A DNA stretch of 64,000 bases. It comes from Basidiobolus meristosporus CBS 931.73. Its lineage: Eukaryota > Fungi > Basidiobolomycota. The translations under genes and the position numbers were made by a program. Of the stretch, positions 50,624-60,959 are shown piece by piece. Numbering within the stretch: the first letter of the stretch is position 1; each line of letters opens with the position of its first letter. The notes beneath the pieces are model-generated. The model was not told the origin of the DNA, did no database searches, and worked only from the letters and a program-made list of their open reading frames with translations. The DNA lies in contig MCFE01000327.1 of assembly GCA_002104905.1 (NCBI GenBank), forward strand, positions 1 through 64,000. The letters are read 5' to 3'.

Positions 50624-50929
50624 CCACCATAATCCCACCATATAATTGATTTTCCTGTAGAACTTAGATTGTTGTCTATGTGCTTTGTAGTCTCTTTACA
50701 GGTTTATTAACAATGAATATTAGAATACTCAGCAATACAGGTAATGCATGGGAAGTCTTGGAGCTTTTAGACTTGTAATTGAGGCATGGAAATTCTAGAA
50801 TGAAAGGCTCTCCCTGTGTTGTTCAGCTGGGGAAGTCATGTGTATGTAATATGTGGTTTCACTCTTTTGGGCAATTCCCCAAGCAGTACATATAATACAA
50901 AGCTAGAACATTGAAGTTAAACAGATGAG

Positions 50930-51500
50930 ACATAGGTGCAACAACTGGAAAATTCACTTTTTGGTCAATGCCATGCATAATGTGTAAGGTCTCCAAAGGA
51001 TTGAAGGGATGCATTTGGTACACATCACCCATTGCACTCTGAATATAGCTCCAGAGGTCTGTAACCTGTCACAAAAATGCATAGCACCATCTTGGTCCAC
51101 TGGTACTATCTGGCTCTATATTTGAATATTAGCCTTGAAGTAAAACCTATACAAAGCACTTATAGTGACAGATAGCACTGGTAGTCCAAAATAGTGCCAT
51201 GCACTTATGTGACAAATTACAAACATCTGGGGCTGGATTCAGAGTGCCATGGGTATTTAATATCCAATGCACGCTACAATCCTTCTGTGCTCTTACACAT
51301 CATCACAATATTGATCCCAAGAAAGAGGTTGAAATATGGGTTCTCTCCAGCATAGTGGGTGAAACACACAGGCTGCTTTGCATGAATATGTAGAGCTATG
51401 CTTCATACTCTGTTGCCAAAAATAGACTTACTTAGCCTTGCTGGCACATTTCAGCACTATTTAGCACACATGGCCCAATGTGGCACTTTCCAATGGAAAA
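50930..51500. repeat. Second copy of the foldback element, opposite orientation
   Basis: Inverted arms around a 60-bp spacer (51111-51170) whose reverse complement matches spacer 1093-1151. Confidence 0.75.
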
Positions 51501-52230
51501 GGTCTCACATACTCTACAATTCACATACATTTTTATTATCCCTAAACCAACACCAAGAACACCATCTTCCCACAAATAGAACATAATGAAGTCAGCATGC
51601 AATTGCAGCAAAGCTGGCAAGCTATAAGCCATAGGCCAGAATATAAAATTAATTAAAACAGATATACTTAAGATGATAGGTATGTCCTGGAGCAAAAGCT
51701 TTGCACTTCTTCATTCTCTACCTGGGATATTAATTGCTGCACATGCATTACTTGGTTGTCCTGTTTCTGGACAGCTTCCCAATTTCTTTGGACCATCACA
51801 TCTATCCTGTTAGCCACAACACATAAATGCCTATTGATGCATTGGTATATTCTGTCAGCACACTTACAAATACTGATGGTGGTGATGTTTTGACAGTCAT
51901 TTGTTGCATTCTACCAGAGGTACCGCATTTGCTATATTCTTATCTACCTGAGCATTGTGGTGAGCTTGCTGCTCTGCTGATATTCTCAGGTGTCTACTTG
52001 ACTTAGCACTAGAGCAATCTACATTATTAGCTTCAGTAAGCACACTGTGAACATTGCCATTTATGGATGTAGTCACGATTGCTACACTGAATGTCAAAGC
52101 AGGCTGTTGTCCAACCATTCTTCAGCTGCTTCCTGCAGTGGGATCTGCTTGGAAACCTGATGACTCTGCTTCATTTTTGGCAGTATATGTATGGAAGTGG
52201 GTCAAACCAGTGGGGACATAGTGCTATTTT
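51500..52230. mobile_element. Family B fragments (transposase 51500-51700; ORF2 5' part 51700-52230)
   Basis: Similar to 20590-20780 and 18590-19100. Confidence 0.7.
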
Positions 52231-52234
52231 GAAT

Positions 52235-52542
52235 ATCTAAGAAAAAAACTTTAAAAAAGCCAGCAGAATACCATCATATTATCAGCTGAATTCCAACTTT
52301 TCCAAAGATGGCAAGTCCCAATATCTCATGTATTAGTCCCATAGAAGACAAGTAGATATCCTTTCCAGGGGAGACTAGGCCAGCTAGCATATATACCATA
52401 TCTGGTAATCAGTTACTCTTTACTTCCATCAAAGATTGCAGCACAAGATTTGAAGCAGAAGCATCAACTGAATACCCAAGAAATACCATTCAGATACCAG
52501 CTAAAAATCCAATGAGTTCCAACTTTGAGATTTTTCATAGGG
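52235..52542. mobile_element. Second, diverged MITE copy, followed by a partial terminus at 52590-52700
   Basis: Reverse-complement similarity to 39022-39342; ends gatttttcataggg. Confidence 0.65.
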
Positions 52543-54511
52543 AGCATTTATACAAGATTTGGCAATAAGGTGCCCACTACTTCCACCAAGATATTCAGCT
52601 AAAAATTGAATGAAAAACACCAGCAAAATGCCAGCAAAATATAGTTGGAATACCAACTGATAGTCAGATAAGTTCCAAGTATGATATTTTTTGTATGGCT
52701 CAGGATCTTGATGGAAACCTTGGAGATATGAAAAGTGATCAAGAAAGCAGATAGATTGTGAAAACCCCAGGATGGATCCTCCATCAATCAAGCACCCCGA
52801 TGGTACACCTGGGGCATAGAAAATTCCTACCACTCCAAATCAGTCCATTTTTTGCCAATCAGCAAGTATATTGGCTGCAAATGAAATGTGGAATCGATCC
52901 CATCATTACCGCCATGCATCCGGGCGGAGTGGAAATGGTGATTATCGGGTGGATTGCCAATCGACACTTCGAATGGTGGATAGCAGCAAATGTGCTCCGC
53001 AAGCGCGTTGCTGCTTGACCGGAAATAGATGACCCGGCTTGTGCACCCCTCCAGATGGCCGGATCTTGCTTAGCCCAGGGGGAATCACTGGATCGGTTGG
53101 GCTCGAACTCGGCAATGATATCCCTTCAGAGGGTTAGTCGAGTCACTCAGACCTTCACTCAACCTTAAGTAGTGATGATGAATGAACAGCCTCGGTGTAT
53201 AGTGGTGTTTAGTTCTGTGAGGCCGCAGTATCAGTTCGACCAAGCCGTTGCGGAAATGCCGAGTCACCCTACGCTTTCCCCACCCAAACCAAATTCAAAG
53301 TTGATGCACGCATCCAGGCTGGATGATCCCGATGGTCACACCTCATCAAATCCGGCACCCCACTTTTCCGGGGATGGTGGACATCAATATATGCACCAAG
53401 GTGAGTCAATTGTTGCGATTTGCGTGCGGCAACGTTGCTGATACAACCTAGCACACATTCATGGGATGAAGGACAATTCACGAAATGATAAGTCGGGTGG
53501 GTTACACCAGTCCGAGCGTCGGCTGGCATCCTGTGGGAGGAGGGCGAAGCCAGCTTCGGGTAAAGCGCGGCAGGTATGGTGGGAGGAATCTGTTGGTCCA
53601 TGGTGTCGACATGGGGTTGCTGCCCGGCCTTTCCAAATCTCCCCCGAGGATGAAGCATCCCGTTGACAAGAGTCTATGCAGGTGACCGTTTACGAAAGGG
53701 TGACACCCACCTTTTCCTAGCTGCGATCTAGGATTGATTTTGGGTGGTTTGGAACTCCGCGAGACAATGTATCGACGGTTCTTTACATTCGGGAACTGGG
53801 ATTCGCAACATAAATTACGAAATCAATGCTGCTGGATAAAGGGAGCATCCATCTTGGCCAGGAATGGCAATTGATGGTATGAGAGAATGGTGTGGGTTCA
53901 CAAAGGGAGAGGAGATACTTTTAGCTGCATGTTGAGCCTCTCATCTCCAGTGTGATAGGGAGACCCAGCCATGTGGAAACCAGCTCTATACCGGATGACT
54001 ACCAACACCGAGGAACAGGTTCGTTTGATTAGCACGTTTGATTGACCATTGATGTTGGTGTAAGTGAAGCCGAAGGTATCAACCATAGTTCCATAATATA
54101 CTCGGTTGCTGAGACCCCCTATTCGTTGCATATTATGGCCTTTCGAGCTGGGTGCGAAGTGCTTGATTGCTGTATAATTTGCGATGGCAGTGGTAGTGAA
54201 TGCTAACCAGGCCATACAGAGATATACAGAGAGATAAATCGTTTCGTTTAGCGCTATTGTTATGCGGTGTCACCATAGCACTACTCTACGCTTCCCTGCC
54301 TACCAATCAAGCTCGGTCTGCTTCCTAACTAGGTGCTCTTATCAGGTACCACTGGAAGACACATTGTATAACCCGGCCACTCGATTGTGCCAGTGACTAC
54401 CTGTTCTTTGACACCGATGAGTGAGTCTTGGCCATCCGAAGGGATTCTCCTTAAAAGCCGGGACCAGACGCATACCATCTTGGTAGGTTTCTTACGCTTC
54501 ACACAATCCTC

Positions 54512-55663
54512 ATGAAGTCATTCCATCTCCTGATTATTGCACTGGCTGCATTGTCCATCCAGGCCGTTCCTTTGGAGAAGCACGCCAATCTGGCACCCCG
54601 TGAGATCAAAGGCTCAACGGCTTCTCCCACCTCGAGTGTGTCCAGCGTGTACGTATCCCAGAGTCCAACCTCTTCCGCAGGAACCACCTCGCACGCTAGC
54701 TCCACCCTAGCACCTGCGAACTCCTCGGCCGCCACCAACACCCCCACCCCACCGACCAGCCTCGCCCCGAATGCTTTGAGATATCTCGATGAACAATGCG
54801 GGGCCCAATACGGTTCATGCGCACCTGGACTGTGCTGCAGCCAATGGGGATGGTGTGGATACACTTCGGACCATTGCAACTCAGGCTGCCAGAAGAATTA
54901 CGGCGCCTGCGACGACAAAATAGAGGCGGAAGTGATTACCAGATGTACGGCCCCTGGCACGTTTGCCGTGACCTTCGACGATGGACCCAGCGTCCTCACC
55001 TCAGGCCTGCTGGACTATCTGGATACGGAGAAGGTGAAGGCGACCTTCTTCGTCAACGGACTTAACCAGAAGAATGCCGACACGAAGAACCCGATCCTGA
55101 GTATCTACCAACTGCAGGATGTGGTGAAGCGGGCCTACGACTCTGGGCATCAGATTTGCTCCCACACCTGGGCCCACACTGACCTGATCACCGTCGACGA
55201 GGACGAGGCCGTCTACGAGATGACCAGACTCAACTACGCCTTCACCAAGGTCCTTGGTAAGGTCCCTACCTGCATGAGGCCACCTTACGGCGATACCGAC
55301 GCCCCCGCGCGGAAGATCCTCAAGCGTATGGGGTACACTGTGGTCACCTGGAATGTCGACCCTGTGGACTGGGACCCTGCCAACACCATTGATGAGATGT
55401 ATCAGGAATACATTGGCCAAACCGGATCCACCGACCCCAAGGTCGGGAGATTCATTTCGTTGAACCATGACGTCTGGAACACCACCGCCGACTTCAGACC
55501 TGAGAACTACCCCAAGACCATACCACTTGCCCAGCGGGCCATCCAGTACCTCAAGGGCCGGGGCTGGAAGCTGGTGAATCTTGCCGATTGCCTGCAAACC
55601 GGGCCCCTCTATCGCGATGCCAACCCATCCGATAGCAGCTGCGGTGACGAGGATTGCGTCTAA
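54512..55663 (+). CDS. Secreted chitin deacetylase (signal peptide, S/T-rich linker, CBM18 chitin-binding module, CE4/NodB domain), 383 aa
   Basis: CG...C...LCCSQWGWCG...HC..GCQ..YG.C; CE4 motifs TFDDGP, HTWAHTDL, RPPY, DPVDW, LNHD; intronless open ORF. Confidence 0.95.
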   Translation: MKSFHLLIIALAALSIQAVPLEKHANLAPREIKGSTASPTSSVSSVYVSQSPTSSAGTTSHASSTLAPANSSAATNTPTPPTSLAPNALRYLDEQCGAQYGSCAPGLCCSQWGWCGYTSDHCNSGCQKNYGACDDKIEAEVITRCTAPGTFAVTFDDGPSVLTSGLLDYLDTEKVKATFFVNGLNQKNADTKNPILSIYQLQDVVKRAYDSGHQICSHTWAHTDLITVDEDEAVYEMTRLNYAFTKVLGKVPTCMRPPYGDTDAPARKILKRMGYTVVTWNVDPVDWDPANTIDEMYQEYIGQTGSTDPKVGRFISLNHDVWNTTADFRPENYPKTIPLAQRAIQYLKGRGWKLVNLADCLQTGPLYRDANPSDSSCGDEDCV

Positions 55664-55718
55664 CCCTAACCCTAGCCACCAGAGTGCAGATGATTCTAGG
55701 AACCCGGTGGATTCTATA

Positions 55719-55742
55719 TTTATTTCTTAGTAGTTTAATAAA
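55719..55742. terminator. Opposed AATAAA polyadenylation signals: - strand 55719-55724, + strand 55737-55742
   Basis: tttatt...aataaa in the 129-bp gap between the convergent genes. Confidence 0.5.
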
Positions 55743-55792
55743 GGTATCTTGGATATAGCATCGCTTGGCGGCAATGGGTTATTTACAGACGG

Positions 55793-56827
55793 CTAAGGGC
55801 ACGGGTTGGAACCACACCTTTGGTCCGAGGGGGTGGGGTCACGGTAGAGTGGTGGCTGGCCAAGGCACGATGCCAGGTTGGTCAGGCGCCAACCCCGACT
55901 CTCCAAGTACTCCACCAGCCTCTGGGCGAGCGGAATGACCTTGGGGTAGCTTTCGGGGCGGAAATCCGCGGTGGTGTTCCATACATCATGGTTCAAGGAG
56001 ATGAACTTCCCGAGAGTGGGATCGGCGTTGCCAGCCTGGTCCACAAACGCCTGGAACATCTGGTCGATGGAGTTCGCGGGATTCCAGTCCACGGGATCTA
56101 CGTTCCAATTCACCACGGTGTAGCCCATGCGCTTCAGGATTTTCAGGGATATGGGGTCGGTGCTTCCGTAGGGCGGGCGTATACAGGTGGGGACTTTGTT
56201 GAGAATGGTGGCGAACGCGTGGTTCAGACTGGACACCTCATAGGTGATGTTGTACTCGTTCGCCTTGGAAAGATCCACATGCCCCCAGGTGTGAGAGCAG
56301 ATCTGATGGCCAGCTCTGTAGGCGCGCTGGACCACATCGGACAGCTCGTAGATACTCAAGATCGGGTTCAGTGTGTTGTAGCTCTTCCAGTTCAGCCCAT
56401 TCATGAAGAAGGTGGCGGTCACATTTTTGGCCGCAAGGTAGTCCAGCAGGCCTGTGGTGAGCACACTTGGGCCATCGTCGAAGGTGAGGGCAAAGGTACC
56501 CGGTACGGTACATCCAGTGTTGACCGTGGCCATGGCTCCATTGTCGCAAGCCCCGTATTGGGATTGGCAGCCAGTTGCGCAATAGTCGGAGGTGTATCCA
56601 CAAAAGCCGTACGAACTACAGCAAAGCCCAGCAGCACATGATCCAATTCCGTTTCCGCAGGATTGATCCAAATACCGTGGTGTTGTGGTCGTCATTGGGT
56701 CAGCTCCCCTCTTTCGATGCCCAACGGCGTAGTCTATCGAACTGGATGTCACCGGGATGTATGCGGCGGTGGACAAGCTCACCAAAGCCGAGCATATGGC
56801 GATCTGGGGGACTAGCTTCAGTAACAT
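55793..56827 (-). CDS. Secreted chitin deacetylase paralog (signal peptide, KR site, CBM18, CE4), 344 aa from ATG 56827
   Basis: MLLKLVPQIAICSALVSLSTAA signal; CCSSYGFCG; TFDDGP, HTWGHVDL, RPPY, DPVDW, LNHD. Confidence 0.95.
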   Translation of the reverse strand: MLLKLVPQIAICSALVSLSTAAYIPVTSSSIDYAVGHRKRGADPMTTTTPRYLDQSCGNGIGSCAAGLCCSSYGFCGYTSDYCATGCQSQYGACDNGAMATVNTGCTVPGTFALTFDDGPSVLTTGLLDYLAAKNVTATFFMNGLNWKSYNTLNPILSIYELSDVVQRAYRAGHQICSHTWGHVDLSKANEYNITYEVSSLNHAFATILNKVPTCIRPPYGSTDPISLKILKRMGYTVVNWNVDPVDWNPANSIDQMFQAFVDQAGNADPTLGKFISLNHDVWNTTADFRPESYPKVIPLAQRLVEYLESRGWRLTNLASCLGQPPLYRDPTPSDQRCGSNPCP

Positions 56828-59775
56828 GGTGTCAAATGTTGAATCGCACTGAAAATGCTGCAAAGCTGAGGAAGCGACCCACCGGTTGAGGCGGGCATTT
56901 ATTTAATTCTCGGACTAGGACCATCAGGCCAGAATGCTACGTAGCATGTGGCCACCGATATTAAAACGGTGCCAACTTACCGTATTTGGTGTGCGCTATG
57001 CTGGCAACTTGGTATGGGAACGTCCTATCACCGTTCTCCTTGATGAATCGCTGCATCCATAGCTATACCCGAGCCAACTAAAAATAGTTCCCTCTGATCC
57101 AATCAGAGATCCGTTGGCGAGCCAAATGGTTAGAAATTTTTACGACGATTGCTCAGGATGGCATCCCCAGTACCATGATCTAGCCCAATCGATACGGTAT
57201 GCATTCACCGTAGACCCCAGAGTCGCATTTGGAAGCAGTGCGTCTTTGTATTGGGCGGCAACCCAAATCACCACCGCATCGTCCCCTTGCCACATCCGCC
57301 CATTGGTCTTCCCAAATTGGGCAAGCGACCATGTACCAAAATAGCGCTCCGATTACGAGGCGACTGCGATGCCACAAGGTTGCTGCCCATGGGGCATCTA
57401 GGAGTTCGCATTCTCAACGCCAACCGAAAAAAGATCCTGGCACCATGGAAGTATGGAAGCAGGGTGCCGGATTTGCTATCTTCCATGCATTAGCGTTCCA
57501 CACGATCGTTGCAGTTCAAGCGCCATCTGCACGCGATATCTGTACTGATATTGTACAGGACCAGCCTTCCTGTTAGTTGGATGCAAACAAGTCTCTACGT
57601 CAGGTCGCTTGGGTATCTCTTTCCCGGGGCAGCATCCGTTGCAGTAGGATCCGGACGGACTCTCCACAGAGAGCTTCGCATTAGATGAATGTAAAACTTT
57701 GTTATCGTGTTTAACGCTTCGGTGGGTACAGTTGGTGGAGTAATCTCGCCAGGAAACCGTATTTGGCAAATACGTACTCTGGCTAATTGCGGAAGGGTTT
57801 GGTGCAGGCTGATTGGGACGCGACGGATCCACATGGTCACCCGTTTGCTATCCAACTCTTGTCAGATCCCAAGTCTGTTTGAAGTGAGCTCGTATGGCTC
57901 ACCAAAACCTCATTGTAGGGTATCCACCAAACAGTGAAATTACGAATGGTACGGGGTTCGTGTTGATCCTGAGAACGGAAGCCACACATGCAAATGATGA
58001 CACTCTAGAATTGAACTAAGCCAGACAGTCAAGTTACACAGCAAAAACCCCATGCCAACCACCCCTTTGTCACTTTTCCAGGGATTCCCAGATGCCTCCT
58101 CTACATCCTATACAAGCGTGTTCCCAGAACGTTTGCTACCACAGACACCCAGTTGCTCAGGAGATGCAACACGTCTTGAGCAGGCACTCAACAACCTGGT
58201 GCCAGATGTGGTGGTGCTTGGTAGTTAATGGTGGATCCACTCTTCCACAGCTTCAAGAACTCATGGTGCAGTGATTCTCAGGAATGGCGGTATTGATAGT
58301 GAGAGATTTGGATGAATTTCACAGCGGAGTTACACACCATCATTTTACCAAGATGCTTATCTTCCACCTGCCATAAATGGCTCCACCAAGCATAAGAGTG
58401 CATGCTTCCAGTGACATAAAATCGTATCAAAAATACAGCCTAGTCCCAATACCTAGAATGGAAATCAACACCACCGCCAGTCACACCTGGCGACATTCGG
58501 TTACTGCTTGGTCAATATGTCTAGCGCCAGAATGGGCCATAGGTCTATCTAGGCGTACGGCCCCTAAGATTCAGGAGTTTAACCTTTAAACTTTGCGCAT
58601 GTCATTTCCATCGATCCATCCCCTTTGGACAAATCAGGCCCTAGGGCATGCCTCCCATATTGGGATACCCTCCGATAAGCCTGTGAGAGAATTGCTCTTA
58701 GCATTGAGTGATGTCGTCAAATTACACATCATGGATCGCCTGGCGGAGTCCTTTCTTGACGTGAGTCGATGGAGAGGAAGGAATACCCCAAGAGCTGTGA
58801 TGTCCGTAGACCGTATGCAGACCGAAGCGTGTATATCTGTCTATCTCAGACCCTCTGTTGATAGTAGTCTGCTTCCACCAAACAAATAAAATGTGTAACA
58901 TAGGAGCGTTGGAAGGTTCATCGCAGTGGGAAGGGCTGGGTAGATAGTACTGTATACATCGGCCGATGGCTTCCGGTGTGGAAATTGGTGGCCATGATGG
59001 ACGCTCAAGTTGAGTGCACAGTTTGCCAGCTGGCCATACAAACCTCCCGGAAACACGCAGCAGTACTACTAGTCCATACACAGTTTTCCGAAATGTTCAT
59101 CAACACTGGATCATATACTGGTATGGGCTGTGGTCCGTATCGCTTACCTTCAAGATAAGGTACACATCGAGCATTATGGAGGCTAATGACATATCATCAT
59201 CCATCGTTTCCCAAAATTGCATGATAATTAGCTGGATTCGCACCGTTGCCTGTAGCAATAAGTGAACAAATGATCGCGATCACTCCCAGCTAACTTGACG
59301 GATATCCAATGCGTGCATATGGTTTCAAAGCCCCAACCTAACTGCACTACTGCTCGAAGGACGCAAGCTGATACTCCCATTGGTTATCTCCGACTGTTGG
59401 GACAGTAAACCGAAAATGGCATACGCACTTGACGCTTTGATGTGCATTACCGTTGGAAAGATGCTGGACGCATCTTCCAAGAGCTTGTTATGAACCTGGA
59501 GCACCTAGAATTCATCTCTTCAGAGTCTTCGGGGATCATAGCTTTGACTGCCTGCAGGATGATTATATCCTTGCTATGCCCCAGATGCCTCGTTCGATTC
59601 AAATGAGTTCTTGGCAACCCTTTTTAAGGCCGAACCACAAATGAAGCACTAACCTGGATAGCTAGATTGGTTTTTAGTTGGGTGCATACCAGTGACAATT
59701 ATGGATTTCCGGCACCGCGATTTTCCCAAAACTTGTTTGCCAAGACGTATGGTTCGCGTTAGCTGGTCATTGTCG

Positions 59776-59785
59776 TATATATAAA
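59776..59785 (+). promoter_or_regulatory. TATA box of the hydrolase gene
   Basis: TATATATAAA ~55 bp upstream of ATG 59841. Confidence 0.6.
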
Positions 59786-59840
59786 GCGTTACCAAGAGCA
59801 AATACCGCAAACTAAACACACCGCTTGCCTTTACACGCCC

Positions 59841-60959
59841 ATGAAGACTCTCTTTTCCATTGCGCTCCCCATAGCTGCATTGATGACTCTGCGCAACGTG
59901 GCTCCTCAGGAGCTTTCTCTACCTGAACCCTCTGGCCCATTCAAGGTTGGCACAGTCGCATTAAAGCTGCTTGACTCTAGCCGGATGGACCCCTACGCTC
60001 CGAATGCCCAGAAGCGTGAGTTGATGATCCAGATATACTATCCTACCAGGAACACCCAATACTCGACCATTTCACCGTATATGCCCCATGCTACGGCTCA
60101 GTTTATAAGCCATGAGATTGGGCTGCCCAATAACACCCTGCAGCGTGTTCAGACTGCAGTCTACCAGGGCGCCCCCATAGCAAATGCCAATCTACCAGTC
60201 GTTATCTTCTCGCCAGCTATAACAACATCCCGCCTGGTCTATGCGGCATTGCTGTCCGATCTAGCAAGTCGCGGCTACCTTGTGGCCTCCATCGATCACC
60301 CTTACGATGCAGATGTGGTGCAATTTCCTGGTGGGAAGATGGTGTTCGGAGTTCTTGGTGGTGATATAACCATTGATCAGATCAACCTGGCTGTGGAGGT
60401 TCGTGCGGCGGATGCCAGCTTTGTAATCAACCAGCTGGGGTCTAGGGAGATCCTGAAACACATCCCCGCATTACACAGGAGGCTAGACGTTCGCCAAGTT
60501 GTGATGCTGGGCCATTCCCTGGGAGGAGCGAGCGCTGCCACCGCCATCATAAAGGACTCGCGCATTGTAGCAGGTGCCAATTTCGACGGAACATTTAGAG
60601 GACCTGCGGTGGATATAGGCTTGGACAGGCCCTTCCTCATCATGAGCCGTACCCAACACAACAGGACCACCGATGAGAGCTGGGCCAAAATGTGGTCCAA
60701 CCTGCGATCCTACAAACTGCAGCTCAAATTAGCCAATTCTGAGCACTATACATTTTCCGACTTCCCGGTGCTTGCCAGCCTGGTGAATCTCACCAGCCCG
60801 GAGATAGTGGAAAAAATTGGGGCCATCAATGGACTTCGGTCATTGAAAATCCAGAGCACCTACATAGCTGCCTATTTAAAGTACATCTTCCGCCGTAAGC
60901 GTGATTCTATTCTGGTGGGGCCTGACAAGAGGTATCCAGAGATCACCTTTGACTTTTGA
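59841..60959 (+). CDS. Secreted PAF-acetylhydrolase-like alpha/beta hydrolase (esterase/lipase), 372 aa
   Basis: Signal peptide; LP.PSGP..VG...D.SR.DP...RELM.QIYYP; GHSLGG nucleophile elbow, NFDG, EHYTFSD; AATAAA at 61041. Confidence 0.9.
   Translation: MKTLFSIALPIAALMTLRNVAPQELSLPEPSGPFKVGTVALKLLDSSRMDPYAPNAQKRELMIQIYYPTRNTQYSTISPYMPHATAQFISHEIGLPNNTLQRVQTAVYQGAPIANANLPVVIFSPAITTSRLVYAALLSDLASRGYLVASIDHPYDADVVQFPGGKMVFGVLGGDITIDQINLAVEVRAADASFVINQLGSREILKHIPALHRRLDVRQVVMLGHSLGGASAATAIIKDSRIVAGANFDGTFRGPAVDIGLDRPFLIMSRTQHNRTTDESWAKMWSNLRSYKLQLKLANSEHYTFSDFPVLASLVNLTSPEIVEKIGAINGLRSLKIQSTYIAAYLKYIFRRKRDSILVGPDKRYPEITFDF

Noticed and set aside
55001-56641. Long antisense ORFs opposite the deacetylases (55001-55597, 55820-56641)
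   Set aside because: Shadow ORFs produced by GC3-rich codon usage of the real genes
56828-56863. Upstream non-ATG start given by the ORF track for the second CDA
   Set aside because: The signal peptide begins at ATG 56827
57000-59700. Numerous 60-120-aa ORFs in the intergenic region
   Set aside because: No recognisable motifs or codon bias; overlapping on both strands as expected by chance
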